Assembly: GCF_036321535.1 (NCBI RefSeq)
Contig: NC_087437.1
Coordinates: forward strand, 10,356,001 to 10,420,000
Direction of reading: 5' to 3'
DNA: 64,000 bases
Source of the DNA: Camelus dromedarius
Lineage: Eukaryota
This document shows, piece after piece, positions 48,371-62,147 of this stretch; position 1 is the stretch's first letter; every line of letters starts with the position of its first letter. Under the pieces are notes generated by a model that did not search any database, was not told where the DNA came from, and worked only from the letters and a program-made list of their open reading frames with translations. The translations under genes were made by a program, and so were the position numbers.

Positions 48371-49333
48371 TTGAGGCTTTTTTAAACAAAAAAGAGAGAA
48401 GTTTGAATGTAAAACTAACTCTACCATTAGATATTTGGGGCTCTTTGCGATTTAGTTTCTTACCAGCTTCCAAAAGAAAAATGTGTACCCTTTATTAACT
48501 GAAAAAAACTAGATAGAGGGCTGCATCAGGGTAAATGAAAGCCTCTGTAACAGAAAGCCTGGGGAATGGAGAGCTATAAATATTTATGAGCAAATTGTAT
48601 TTGGTGAGGGAAGGAGATGTTTTTAATGATAGAAAAAGGTACATTATAGAGTTGCTTCCACACAAACGTGACAAGATCACCAGTCATCAAACTAATCTTT
48701 TGCTCCAGCTTCTAAAACACAGTGCCAACTTCACAGCATGAAGCCCATTATAAATTGCAGTCCTAACTTTACATTAATACCAAAATAAAACTAAGAAATT
48801 TTAAGTGTCAAGCAGCATAGTGCAATGGCATCACTTGTGTCTCATAGATAAACTGAAGTTTCTTAAAATCCTTCAATATCAATCAGATTAAGGTTGTTCT
48901 TTGCTATGAGATGAAGGCAGTTTATTCACAGATGTAATCAGAAAATTAGTCCCATGGAGTAAAATTATGTTCCATTCTGCGAACTGCATTAAAAAACACA
49001 GTTTCTGGCTTCAAGTGAAAAATGACAAATTGACCAAATACGGTTCTCTTTCCTTCCTCCTAATAAGTCACTAATGATAGTGAAGGAAAAATGTATACAC
49101 TTATCATGAGAAAGAGAACAGAAAGGAATCGACTGGCAGGCGAGAGATTTCCAGAAAGTTCTGAGAAGGAAAGAGGCATTTGGCATAGTGTGTACATAGA
49201 GGCAGATAGGGAAACAGGGGCACAAAATTGCCTGACTTCTTGCCAGAGTCCCAGGGGGACCTCGAATTAGAAACTAAGTTACAAATCAGAGTAAGATGTA
49301 AAACTGAACACAGGAAGACAAACTGGAAGTCAG

Positions 49334-49819
49334 TGTGGTGGCCACCATCCAAGATGACCTCCAATAATGATTCTTAGCTCCTGCTAGTCATTGGTTTAGT
49401 ACCCTCTCATATTAAATAAAGGATGGCCCTACATGGCCAACAGAATATAGCAGAAGTGACAAGGAGTGATTTCTGAAGCTTAGTCTGGAGAGGCTTTGCC
49501 ACTGCCACTCTGTCCTCTTGGATTGCTCTCTTGGGAGAAGCCAGCATGCTGTGAGGATGCTCAAGCAACCCTGTGGAGAGCCCAGCCTCAGCACCGACTT
49601 TCCAGGCATCAGAGCAAGCTGACATGGAAGTGGGTCTTCCAGCTCCAGTCAAGCCTTCAGATGACTGTGGTCCCAGTTTATGAGCAATCCCAAATCCAAA
49701 CCACCAGTCAGAGCCACTACCAAGTTTCTGACCCACAGACACCTTCGGAGGTGATAAATGATAGCTTTAAGCCACCAGGTTCTGGGGACACTTGTTACAC
49801 AGCCATAATGGCTAGAACA
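49334..49819 (+). mobile_element. MaLR LTR (MLT1F-like), near full length
   Basis: TGTGGTGGCC...CAACAGAATATAGCAGAAGTGAC...CCAGTCAAGCCTTCAGATGACTG...TTAAGCCACCAGGTTCTGGGGACACTTGTTACACAGC...GAACA. Confidence 0.8.
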
Positions 49820-51927
49820 GTCAAGATAAGGATGATACAGACCACATCTGTCACACAGCATCTTTTGCACAGGAATCTGCTTTCCCAGGCAGGAAATCGG
49901 AAACATTTGCTTCAGACGCGATCAAGCACCTCCCCATTATCACAAGTGGGAGCATTCTAAGGTCCTGGGGCTGGTCAGCTCCTTGCTCCATAACTCTCTA
50001 CTCAGAGGCACCTATCCACAGCCTCTCACCTTCCAACAAAACTCCCAATCAACTTTCTGTACCTCATTTTAAAATATAAAGAGGTGATCAGGAACCACCA
50101 GATGTTTGTAAAAAGTCTTCCACATGAAAGAGAAAGGTCAGTGTGAAGAAAGGGATGTTCATTTTAAAAAGAAAAGAAAAGTAAAAGAAGAAAAAGTGCT
50201 TGAAATAAAAGAGAACTTCAGATATCTCTAATTGCTGGTCTCCTCCAAGCCACACCCTCTGAAGCCTGCACTGCCCTAAAAGATGCCTAACCCTGGCAAG
50301 GGAAGAATGGCCAGTCATCCACTCTGATCCAACTAAGCAAGATGGCTAAGCCCGTTCAAAGTCCCCCATCTCCTTCCCTCCAGCAAGGGGATCTGTTCTC
50401 CTTAAGGAGAATCACACAAAATTCAAGCTTTCTTGATTTTTCCTGGCTGCCTCTCCTCTCGGGCATTTTTTGTCTTTTCCTTCTCTTTTGAGGAGACAAT
50501 CCAATCTCACTGCCCCATAACTGCTGAGAGAAATTTGCTCAGTGATATGCAAACAAGGAAACTGAGTCTCAAAGAAGGTGAATAATTTGTCCCTGGTCAC
50601 AGAGCTAATCGCATTGAAGATAAGATTAAAATAATGCTGTCTCAGACTCAACGGTTTGTACACTCCATCAAACCTTCAAAACTCTGGAACCTTCCATGTG
50701 CAGCCTACCTGATCTCCCCAGCTGCCTCGCCTCCACACCCCAGGCAACTACAAACCACCTCTGGTACACACCCTGCCTTCCACATGCCCTTTCTTTCCAG
50801 AGGGAGGAGGCAGTCAGTCCAAAGCGTCATGCCCTGGACTACACTTTGGTTTCATTAAAAGTCACACCTAAACTCAAGTCTTAGAAACACTTGCATTTTT
50901 TTCACCTTCTTCCTAAAAATATGGCCTCTAGCAAAATTCTATAAATATGGAACAAATTCAAGGGGCACATCTGTCTGGAACGGGAAGAAGGAATATAATG
51001 ATGGTGCACTATTTTGAAGGAAACGAGGCTTTGCCATGGTCATGTTCATATACTGATTGGAATGGGACATGCAAGCCATATTTGGAAGCAGATCCTAACT
51101 TAATGAATAGATGAGAATAATTTGAATTAGCAAATCAGAGCACCAATCCAAGCAGCTACAAAGCTCTGCTTACAAGTCATTTCATCTTGTCTAGTAAGTA
51201 CAGTTACCGAAGTTCTTTAAGTTATTTATTCTCCAAAGTGAGTAAGTATCTCTTTTTATTCTTGCATATACTATTCATCACTTAGCTATGTTCTTTTGTT
51301 TCTTGAGATAGCAAAGAGAAGCCTTAACATCCTTCCTGAATAATCACAAATCAAAAATCGCAAATCACAGACAATCACAGAATTAATGAAATTGTAATAT
51401 AACACCAGAATTATCTGTAGATTTTAAAAATAGTTAACATCTTAATTTTTAAGTAGTACTCCCCACCACCTTGGAGCATTAATAACCATATATTTGCTAA
51501 GAACAAAAAAAGGCCCCCAAATATGACTGTCATTTAATTAATCCCATTCTTCTTAATTATATGATTGTGTGGAGAATTTAGACTTATTTTGATCATCTTT
51601 TCTAAAGAAGCTTTTTGTTTCCACTAAATTTTCTTTTCTAAAGTGGTTATTCTCAATGTTACATAAAATATTTTATTGTTGATCATTTGATTTTATTAGT
51701 TCTTCCTTCCAAAAGTGTTCAATAGCCTTAATACCAATCATAGCCAAGAAAACTATGAAATTTTTGCCCAAATGGGAGCACTTCTGAGCTCAAAAGTGGG
51801 CACTATTAACAAATACACCAGGCATGGTCCCGTGGGAAACCAAGAAGTATGGTCAGCCCAGCCCAGTAACACCCATCCAGAGAATGTATCCTGAGTAAAA
51901 TGTTCAAAGGATAAAACTGAATACACA

Positions 51928-52116
51928 ATATATAAAAATAGATTTAAAAAACAAATTTCCTCTGTATAGCACAGGGAGCTATAATCAATATCTTGCAATA
52001 ACCTTTAATGAAAGAGAATATGAAAATGAACATACGTATATATATGCATGACTGGGACATTGTGCTGTACACCAGAAACTGACACATTGTAACTGACTAT
52101 ATCTCAATTTAAAAAA
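51928..52116 (+). mobile_element. Short lineage-specific L1 3' end with TSD
   Basis: CTGTATAGCACAGGGAGCTATA...GCTGTACACCAGAAACTGACACATTGTAACTGACTAT plus poly(A); TSD AAAA(C/T)TGAATACACA. Confidence 0.85.
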
Positions 52117-53885
52117 AAAATTGAATACACAAACATTCTCAATGGTATAGAGCCTATATTAGTGAACAATGAGAAGCAACCTAACATGGGAAAAAAATAA
52201 GGTAGGGGAATGTTAGCTTCATTATAAATACAATTAATTTAATACTATATACCCATTGCAACTAATCATCGTGAAGATTTTACCACAGCATAAAATGGCA
52301 TGAAAAACACCTATCATACATTTCTGAGTGAAAAAAGAACACAGCTTCAAATCAGCCCTAGACTCACAGCTATCTAAAATTTTATGCAGATATACACATG
52401 CGTAAAAACACAACTAGCTGCGGAATTTGTGAGGCCCTTCAGAGCATGGGGCCCTGTACCACTGCAAAGGTCATGTGCCCCTGAAGCCTAGGACATACGA
52501 GCTGGAAAGAGAGAAAGTGAAAACAAGTGAGTTGTTCATAAGGGTGATGGAATTTGTAACTGCTACTATGATATTTTTCCATGAATTGAAAGAGAAAAAT
52601 TTGGTTGGTAATTCATCTGTAAGTTATCATAGTGAGCTAAATTTAAATTGTTTTGACAACGTGGGCATTTTCTGGCATCCTGAAAATGGACACATTCTAG
52701 GGCTCTCGTTCTGAGTCCTGTCCAAACACCAACATCTCCTTTGCTGCTTTACCCATTTAAGGTCCACTCTTCATGCATCAAGATTTTGATGCAGCGGGTC
52801 TGAAACAAAGCAACTGAAATCCGGCTACTTAGCGTTCCAAACGGTTTTTCCAACAGAAGGACTTCAAGTGTTGGTTTTGGCTTTGGGGCTCTCATTAACG
52901 TTCAAAAATAACAGATTTTTCATAACTTAATCATGACGACAAGTCATGTGAGGGAAGGGGTAATGGTTTGTGGTTTTGACTTTTATATTCTGTTTTGGGT
53001 TTGTTTTGTCCATTTTTATTCACTGAACCTGGAGATTTGCTTCCTTAGGTAAGCTTTCAAAATAATTGATATACAAGCTATGAAATTCTGGGGTAAAATA
53101 ACATTGTATTTGTGAGAGGGCCAAGAGGAAATGCTAGATACAGAGATGGAGAAATTTGTTTAAGGGATTGTTGAGGTTTTTCCATCTCTATGTCTTCAAG
53201 AAAAGATCTGGAATAGCTTTATATGGGGTTTATTGGGCAAACCATAAAACATACGGATAAGAAAAGTGTTCCACACAACAGGTAATCAACCAAAGATACA
53301 CGGAAGCTATCTTTATCCAGGTAAATGGTACACCCACTGTGTATTTCTCAGCACAGTCGTCATCTCCAGGCAGATCTGTTACGGGCACTGAGAGAGTCAG
53401 AATCAGGGTGAGGCAGGTGAGATATCTGCCCAACCCTGAGAGTGAGTACCTCCTTAAATCTTGTGCCCTAGGTATCGGCTTGCCACCCCTGACCTCAAGA
53501 AGTTCTGGATTTTTATAAATTTTATAAATGTTGTAATCGATCTTCTTGACTCTAGAACCAAATAACATTTTTTTCCCCTTAACAGATTGTGAGAGAAAAT
53601 TCTCAATTGTCAGGATTATTTGAATTGCATGTTATTTTCAGGAAATCTGACTTTCAAGTATCCATTAACAATATGTCAAATTATGCCTAATTAAATCCTT
53701 TGATGACATAAATGGAATCTCTGTACCATTTACCCTGTATTTTTAGACCTAAAATGAGCTTTAAATAAAATGTTATCCATTGCTCCCCCATTCTAGAGAA
53801 GAACCAGAAGCCCTTTTCCAAACAAGCTAGCTTTCTGTACTCTGCTGGCTTTCATCACTCTGAGAGTTAAAAAGGGGTGTGAAAA

Positions 53886-54012
53886 GGGGGGAGGGTATAG
53901 CTCAGCGGTAGAGTGCGTGCTTAGCAAGCACAGGGTCCTGGGTTCAATCCCCAGTACCTCCAATCAAAATTAATTAATTAAAATTAATTACCTCCCCACC
54001 CCTCCAAAACAA
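53886..54012 (+). mobile_element. tRNA-derived SINE (Vic-1-like), best-preserved copy
   Basis: GGGGGGAGGGTATAGCTCAGCGGTAGAGTGCGTGCTTAGCAAGCACAGGGTCCTGGGTTCAATCCCCAGTACCTCCA with A and B boxes; imperfect TSD AAAAGG(G/A)GTG(T/A)GAAAA. Confidence 0.93.
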
Positions 54013-54164
54013 AAGGAGTGAGAAAAAAAAAGAATTCTCACAGAGGGGAAGGAGAGATAAGATGATCATTGTCCACCCTGGCTGCCCTCAGCTCATCTCA
54101 GTCCTGGGCACTGATGTCTTCCACCTTCAGCCCCAGTCCCACCAAGTTAGGTACTACCTCTCTT

Positions 54165-55376
54165 GCTGTTCAGGGCTTGTGGAGCAAACTGCACCCCGGC
54201 AGCAAGCACTGCTGCTGGAAATGTTTGCTGGAAATGCAGAATCTCAGGTCCCACTCCAGACCTGCTGCTTCAGTACTTGCAATTTAACACGATTCCCCAA
54301 GTGATTTGTAGATGCTTTCACATTGTGAGGCATGCTCTATTCCAGCCCATTTCTCTTCCAACAGACTTTGAAGTAGTATTTCTGTCATAAGCAAACAGAC
54401 CAGCACATCAGAGTGAGCCCAGGCTTACCAAGCAGCGGGGGCCCTAACCCTTGATGTGTTCCCCCAACCCTTACAATGCGTTTCTACTGAGCTTCCTAAT
54501 TAGCAGACCGAGACCAGCCTGTGTCTTAATACACACCCCATTCTGGGCCCCAGAGGACTTGGGAACTTGGTGGAGGCGATTTGGTGTTGTCACAGGATTG
54601 GGTGTGCTATTGATATTTAGTGCGCAGAGGCTAAGGATAATAACGTTCTGCAAACAGTGGGAGAATTCTGCCTACAAAGAATGGCCACGAAAATTTTAAG
54701 TATCCCACTAGGCATTCCTGTAGGTGAAAAAATACGTCTATAATTATCTGAGCCTAGAAATAAACCTTGTTTCACAGATGAACACAGAGCATTTTTGCAG
54801 GATTGCAGCTCACTATGCAAGTCAAGGGAAGTGGATCAGGTTTTAAACCAAGAATTGGTTCGTGAATTTCCTGAATAGTCATATTAAAAATGGCATCATC
54901 ACTCCCAGTAACTCAATGGCCAATTCGACATGCCTGTGTCAGGCTACGTTTGTGGCTATCACCTCTCCTCGGGTTATACCTCCCAGGGCCAAGCTATCCA
55001 AAGCGTATGGCGGGTACCAGTAGCCCCAGCATCACCAGGAAGCTTGTCAGAAATACAAGCTCTCAAGGCCTATTCAATACCTACTGAACCAGAATCTGCT
55101 TTTTAAAAAGATCCCAGGAGATTTGCATGCAGTCCAGTTGGGGACGCACTCTCCTGCACTATTTTGGGAAGCACTGTTCCAGTGTAGTTGTACACAAGCA
55201 TTATATATTAAAATAAATATTATCAGTTAATTTTTAATTTCTTTTCTATTTCATAGCTAGGGCATACCGATTTTTTTAAATTGTCTTTGTAGATTATTTT
55301 ATCAATGAATGTCAAGTGGGCATAAAAAATATTTGTTTTAAATAGAGAAAACATGGTGTCAGGGTTGAGAGCCACT
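54165..55376. mobile_element. hAT cluster: MER5A-like (~54165-54335, ~54985-55150) and MER20B-like (~54520-55376)
   Basis: GAAATGCAGAATCTCAGG; TTGTCACAGGATTGGGTGTGCTATTGATATTTAGTG; CAGCATCACCAGGAAGCTTGTCAGAAAT; end GGTTGAGAGCCACT. Confidence 0.65.
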
Positions 55377-56809
55377 CAGTTGGTACCTGGCCTCCTGTCC
55401 TGTCATGGATGACTAATTCTCTTTAGCTCTTACAAACACTAGCTGAAGACTTGGAGCCACAAAACTCATGGTATCTCCATTGACAGAAATTCCCGTTGCA
55501 GCCTCCCACTAAGCAGATGGCTCGCCTTAGATAAGCACACCATTCCAAATCAAGGTCAAATCCCAGGATTCTTGGCACTTTTCCCTGGCTGCCATCCTCT
55601 TTCCCTTGGTGTTCAGACCCACAGCCAAGGTAACCCCACCCTGCTATAAAATTTCCCCCATACCCCTAAGTTTTTCAAATCCTAGTATGCTCTGCGAGTA
55701 AGCCCACCAGAGCTGTGAAGAAGATACAGGTATGATCTGGTGGCATTCAAACTTAAGGATGGCATATGAAGCTTTCTGAGCTTCCAGAATGTTGCACCCC
55801 CCCTACATACAACTGAACACAAAAGTTCATCTCGAAAGCAAACGTGGCTGATTGGGCGAGGATGAGAGGGGCCTGTGCTAATGCTTGTATAACACATTAT
55901 CTTTCCTCATTACGGTAAAAACACTGAAGAAATTGTTTACTTCCATTACAAAGCTAAATGATGTCATCTTAGTTCGAACTATGCCTAACTTGAAATTCTA
56001 TCAAGAGGATTTTAGGAACTGAATCACCCAAACTTCAGCTACACAAACTACCTAAGACAATCTAGTCACTCCCAAACACAGTGATATTTGACATTGTGTA
56101 TACAAAGCATGCTATAATTATCGCTTGGGCAAAACTTTTCTGAGGACACATTATATATTTGTGATGCTCACGGCATTACTATACCTTTTGATGCAGTTTC
56201 CAGCAATCCAAAGAGGAGTACCCAATTTGCTAGTTGCATCTCCTGGTTAGGGGCTTAGTATCAATCACTTACACTGATAGCACTATCAAATTTTTCATTA
56301 TATACTTGAAATACTTTTTATTCCAGCCATCCTACTCTAAATCCTCACCTCTAAACTTGCAGCTTAACTGATAGCATGATTTGTTCTACAGTATAACCTG
56401 TAGGCCATTACTGAAGATGGCACAGATATGAAGCAGGAAAGAACACTTTAAAAAGTCAGAAAGCCAGTGCTTAGCCATTGTTTTGCCAGTTAACAGCTCT
56501 ACGATTTCAGCTCATACATCAAGCTCTGCCAGTCAGTTTCCACTTCTACAAAAGAATAGAGTGGACCAAATGGTCTATAACTTTCTTTCCAGCTTTAACA
56601 GTCGTGGTGGTTCCAAAAAGCAAACATAAATGTGGTCGTTACCCTGTACGGCAACTTTATAACATTTCTAGATTCAACCTTGATGTCAGATCACTTGATG
56701 ATCTTTCAAAGAATTATAACTATCAGTTCTTGATTATATATGTTCATGGAAGGAAGCAAGGGACTGGAAATGGCCAGCAGCAAGGCAGAGGTCCTGTACA
56801 CTGTACAGT

Positions 56810-57180
56810 CACTTTACTTTGAAATAACTGCAGATTTACAGAAAAGTTGCAAAAATAGTGCAATTTCGATATACCCTTACCCAGAATCCCCAAATGTCAA
56901 CATTCTATCACAATTGCTTTATCCTGTCTCTATGTCTCTCTGTACACATACACATGTGCACACATGCACAAACACATCTGTCACTTATACCAAAATTTAA
57001 AAACACTTTTCTTTCTGGTCCAGAACTGAGCATTGCATTTACCTGTGTTTCCTTTAACCTGGGAGAGTCCCTTGGTCTTCCTTTGTCTTTCATGATCTTT
57101 AAGGGTCTAAGCCAGGTATTTTGTAGACTGCCTCTCAATTTGGGTTACATCTGATGTTTCCTCATGATTCAGTGATGCAT
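56810..57180 (-). mobile_element. Old L1M 3' fragment
   Basis: TTGAAATAACTGCAGATTTACAGAAAAGTTGCAAAAATAGT...CTCAATTTGGGTTACATCTGATGTTTCCTCATGATT. Confidence 0.65.
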
Positions 57181-57254
57181 CTTCATGTAAGTAAATATAT
57201 ATGTGATGACATGGAAGACCTCAAGATGTTTTGCTAATGGAAAAAGGATGCATG

Positions 57255-57750
57255 TTTGTCACAGTCACAACAGAAAGCAGACAGCCCACTCAAAGGATGA
57301 AACTAAAATTATCTTCATGAAGGGATGCTTTTCAGAGGTGTGGGCAGGTTAAAGAAACCGCAAGGGATCAAGAGAACCAACACATGATGGTAATACATCC
57401 TGAGATTAGCCAGAGTGGGCACTTTACCAGCACTGAGCTGAAGGAGCATGCAGAAGGAACCACTAGGGCTGGAGGGAAGGGCACCTGGTGGGAGCTTTGG
57501 CCACAGAAGAACATGGATTGGGAGGGAGGGTCAGGGTTATAAATATCCCAACTTCCTTCTCTACCACTTTCTAGTCTCCAGCCAGTGCTTTCCATTAGCC
57601 AAAACTAACCAAGACGACCAAGACTAAGCAAGAAGACCAGGGAGCCAAGGTTGTACCATCCATAGCAATTGGCTTCCCAGGGCACAGTGTAGAACAGGGA
57701 ACAGTGCAGAAGAGGACTTGGGCAGTGGGACAAATAGAAAACAGCCAGCA
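57255..57750. mobile_element. Old ERVL-type LTR
   Basis: TGTCACAGTCACAACAGAAAGCAGACAGCCCACTCAAAGG...CAGAGGTGTGGGCAGGTTAAAGAAACC...CTCCAGCCAGTGCTTTCCATTAGCC. Confidence 0.5.
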
Positions 57751-60700
57751 CAAGGAGCAAGTTCTGGTGTCTAGGGATATTTTTTTTAAAAGATGTCAAA
57801 TTGGTTTTTCTTCCGGTGCAAAGCTGCAGCTAAGGATCAGAGCTGAAGACAGAAGGCACTAAGCTCTCCATGTTCGACGTGCAGAAAGCAGCCAATGCTG
57901 AGAACGCCCCCACAGATCTCACAGAGAGATGCAAAAATGCAGAACTGGACCTCCTGCACCCCCACCACATGGCCCTCCTCTAGTCAGTACAAAAAGAGAA
58001 CCAAAAAGGGGAAGGTGACCCGCTTTAGAATAGCAACTTAGGGGAAGAATCTGTTCTCTCTGCCGTGCAGGAGAGAGACAGAGAAGGTCACCTCCCCTCT
58101 CCAAAACCAGGTAGATGATCTCTAATGAGGCTCCAAAAGAATTACTTGTAAAGATTGGGGGGTGGCTACAAGAAGCAGGGGTTGGCATTTTATTCACTGT
58201 CCGGATAGTTGGTTGACCAGCAGACCTGATGATCACTCCGTGGTCCCTACCTACCATAAGAGACTTTTGGAGAGAGATGGCAGCTGGGGGATGGGAGGAG
58301 CACTAGTGGAAAGAAAGTCAGTTCGGCCCCCATCCCTTCGGGTTCTTGATTTCTGACAGACACAGAAGATGAGATCCCCCAGGTGTCTGCAGCCTTAGCA
58401 ACAGTTTTGGCAAGTTGAGCCTGGAAGAATTCTTAGAACCACCAGAATCAGGTATTTTACGAGACAAAGGTGTGTCCTATCAAAGAATGAGAATGGATGC
58501 CATGCTTGGCTGGAAGAGGTATCCAAACATAGCAAAGGGCTACACGTGTTTACCACACTGAGTGGAAATGAGCCACCCTTAGGAGGAGCATGACGATGCT
58601 TTCAACACCATGGAGCTCACAAAGGTTACAAGAGTAGACACGGCTGCGGAAGAAAGGCTGTAGGCCAGCTCCCCACCCCCACACCCACCCGGACCAGCAG
58701 CTGGAGTCACCCGCAGGTCTGCCTTTCCCTGGGCTTGGGGAGGAGACCTGCTCTGAACTGCATTTAAGACTGAAGTTTTCAAACAAATAGAATCCTGAAT
58801 ACTGAAATGAAACCATCCCAATGACTGAAAGGAGCAGGAATGTGACAGAACGGAGCTGAGATTTCATTAAGGAACCCACCCACCTAATGAAAAAGGGAAG
58901 TTTAAAAATATCACAGCAGGGGGGAAAGTCATTTTTAAAAAATGAAATCTTTTTATATTCATGTTCCAATTAATTGTGAGCCTCAATGATTACCTTTATA
59001 TTTAAAAAGTTAAATATATACATATATGCAAATAAAAAGAATTGGAAAGACATATCAAATTGCTCATAGAGATCCCATATGTGAAGGACAGTGAGATGAT
59101 GGAAAGAGACAAGGATGGAAGATAAATTCTTTGGTGTTTGAAACAAAATAAGCATGTATTTGTGTTACTTATTAAATTCTTGTAAGGAAAAAACAAAAAA
59201 GCTTTCTTGCACTTTCTCTATGAGGCATTGCGAGCTCCTCAAAAACATGAATGGTGTACTGTGAGGCTCGGAGGAAATCTTCCCTGCAAAGCCTTTGTCC
59301 TAACTCCTGGCACAAAAGATGCTCACTTAGTCTCGTCCCCTTGGCCCTCTCATTACACCTCCGTCGTTAGCATCTTGCACTAAATGTGATGGCCCAAATG
59401 TCATTTTATGTTTTAAAAGGGAAAACATTAGAATAAATACTGCCAATGCAATTATCTTAATTTGCGTTCCCTTTTTAAGGCTCAGTGTTAAATATTTTCT
59501 TCACAAATTAACTTAGCGTTTTTTCAGTGTTTTCGGTAGATTTGTATTTACTTCATTCTTCCTAGTTCCTTTTGCCGTCTTCAAAAATGTGCTTTCTGCT
59601 TACCATAAATACAGCCAGGACTTAAAGTTTTCCTTAATCTGCATGGTTCCAATGTGCCTTTTCCCTGATGAGTCTCTCCGTGCATCCCCTCTGATACCTC
59701 CCAGAGAAGCACTCGTGCAGTTCGCAAGATGCAGAACATACCAGAAAGCCTCAGCGACTTCTCCCTGTGTTCCCGTCCCCACAGCACCATCATCTTTCTC
59801 CTGCTCCCTTTCCTGACTCACGTCCGATTCCACGTCTAGTGCTTTCCCTGCTGAGCTGGCCATGTACTCAGACAACTGAGTCCTACTGTTCCACACTTCA
59901 TACATCCCGCAGGCATTTACGAGGGGGTTCTTTGTGTCAGTCTGTATTGCTGTTGGAAGGTAGCAATGAATGAAACACATTCAGCCCCTGCTGGCCACAC
60001 ACCAAGGCCACAACTTCCCCCTGGCTTATCAGTCCCAGGCCGGCCAACTGTATTCTAAGCTTAGCATGAATATCAGCTTTCTTATTCTTCATAATTTTCA
60101 AAAGTGACTACCATGATGATCTTTGCTGTTAATATTATACTTTAAATTGGTCAGCAAAAAAAAAAAAAAAAAAAAAAAAAATCCAAGCTACAGTGTATTT
60201 GCTTTCACACTTTCTGCCTGTGATAACCCACCTCTCTGAGTCATAAAATGTTAACAGAGTAATCTTAATTTTATGAGCAGTGAGAGCTGTGAACAGTAAT
60301 TTTTTAAAGATGTGTGTTTAACATAACACCACCAGACTGGACATGACTGTGGCAGAGGGCCCCGATCCAGTGTGAGATTGTCACCACCTTTAGAATGTTG
60401 TCACAGTGGCTACCAATTGTTGAATTGGCTTAGATCAGCTTTGCAATGAACTTCTCTGGCGTAAAGATTCACGAGGGACGTGAAACAGACTAGAGGTTTG
60501 CTCTTCTCAACTCCCTGGAAGGCTACAAAATAGTCCAGGGACTTTAGCTGGAAATCCCTGATTTACTTTGATTGTCCCAGCTCTCTGCTTACTTCTACTT
60601 TTGAACAATGTTAATACTAAAGCAGCAATTCAGGTACAAGCACATCTTTAATTAACTTTTCATTAATTCCTCTCTTATCAAAATAAAGCCTTCAAAAGCA

Positions 60701-62147
60701 TTGTTTCTCTAAATTTAGTTTACATTTTGAATATCTTGGAAACAAAATTTCCCAGAAAATGGAATGTACAGGCTGAAAAGAAGGCACATTAATAAGCCCA
60801 TGACATGTGAAACTCACCTCTGAATCTTCCTCTTGGGGTCAATTAAATATTGTGTCTGTTGAGAGAACATTGGGAGTCATCTTTAGAATCATGCTTGGGA
60901 ATAAATAGTCCTTCAATATTTCAAAATCCTGGATAGTATGTTTGCTGGATTTTCTAGAACAGTAAATTGATCACCAAAAATGTTAAGTAACATATTGTAC
61001 TATTCTCAGGCACGTTGACTTACAACTAAAACCAGAAACCTTCTATTTAGATAGGATGGAATCACGACAAGTAATTACAATTTGTTGGTTTGAAACCATT
61101 GCTTTTTTGAAGCTTTAAAATCTGTTCCCTTCCTTCCCTGCTCAGCGTGATAGTGACTCCTTACCCCCACCCCCATCCTCCCTCCTTCTCAAATCGCATT
61201 CCTTTCAAGTATGAGCTCACTCAACTCTTACCCCTCAAGCAACTTCTTACCAAGCAATTCTTTAACAATATTTCAATCCAGCCAGAACCAAATTCCAACA
61301 GAAGGAATGTGACTCCGAGCCAGAACCTTATCTTTTTATAGAACAGAGTAGAATCCACAGCTATTTGACTTGTACTGTAAATGGTGTGCACCCAGTGTCA
61401 TGTGCAGGAGGGCTTAATTGAGACAATTTGATGATGAAATACCTTGGGCAAGAAAGCCGTAAGGAAATTCCAGAAAAAGGAGCAGGGCCAAATCCTGCAA
61501 CAAATTTAATTTAGCCCACCAAATCACAACATGTAATTGGTAATAGCAGTGAACAAAGAAGAAAGGACCAAAGTTAATCCTTAGGCACTACACTTGTGAT
61601 ATTCAATTATAGCATGGAAAGTACATGTAATAAAATATACCAGAAGATTAACATTTATAAGACTGTTAGCCTATTACATTTATCCTAAAATACCTAGTAA
61701 GGCATTGAGTAGAAGCCTTTGAGCAGTTACAGTCCAAATTACAAATCTGATGTCCTACAAATCGGGCATTAACAAATACAGATGGTCATTTTAATATTCA
61801 CATAGACAAATTGCACAAGCTACTGCTTCTCTAGACCCCTACAAAAACACAACCTTGGTTTGGAAACATCCCTTATTAATAGCATTACTGATTAATAATC
61901 TGTAAGAAATTATAGAAAACAAGAGAAGTACCAAAAGAACTTTTTAATAGGGTAAGAGGTGGATTCTACAAATTATATGCAAAGGCTGTTCAATGGAAAT
62001 ATTATAGCCACAATAAAAAATGTTAATAGTGTATTTAATTTAACTCCGTATATCCAACACATTACCATTTAATGTAATAATTTTTTTAAAGTTAATAAGA
62101 CATTCTCAATCCTTTTTTCTAACTATGTCTCCAAAATTTGACATGCA

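Noticed and set aside
53886..53962. Functional tRNA gene
   Set aside because: tRNA-like head, but with an AT-rich tail, TSD and multiple diverged copies, so a SINE
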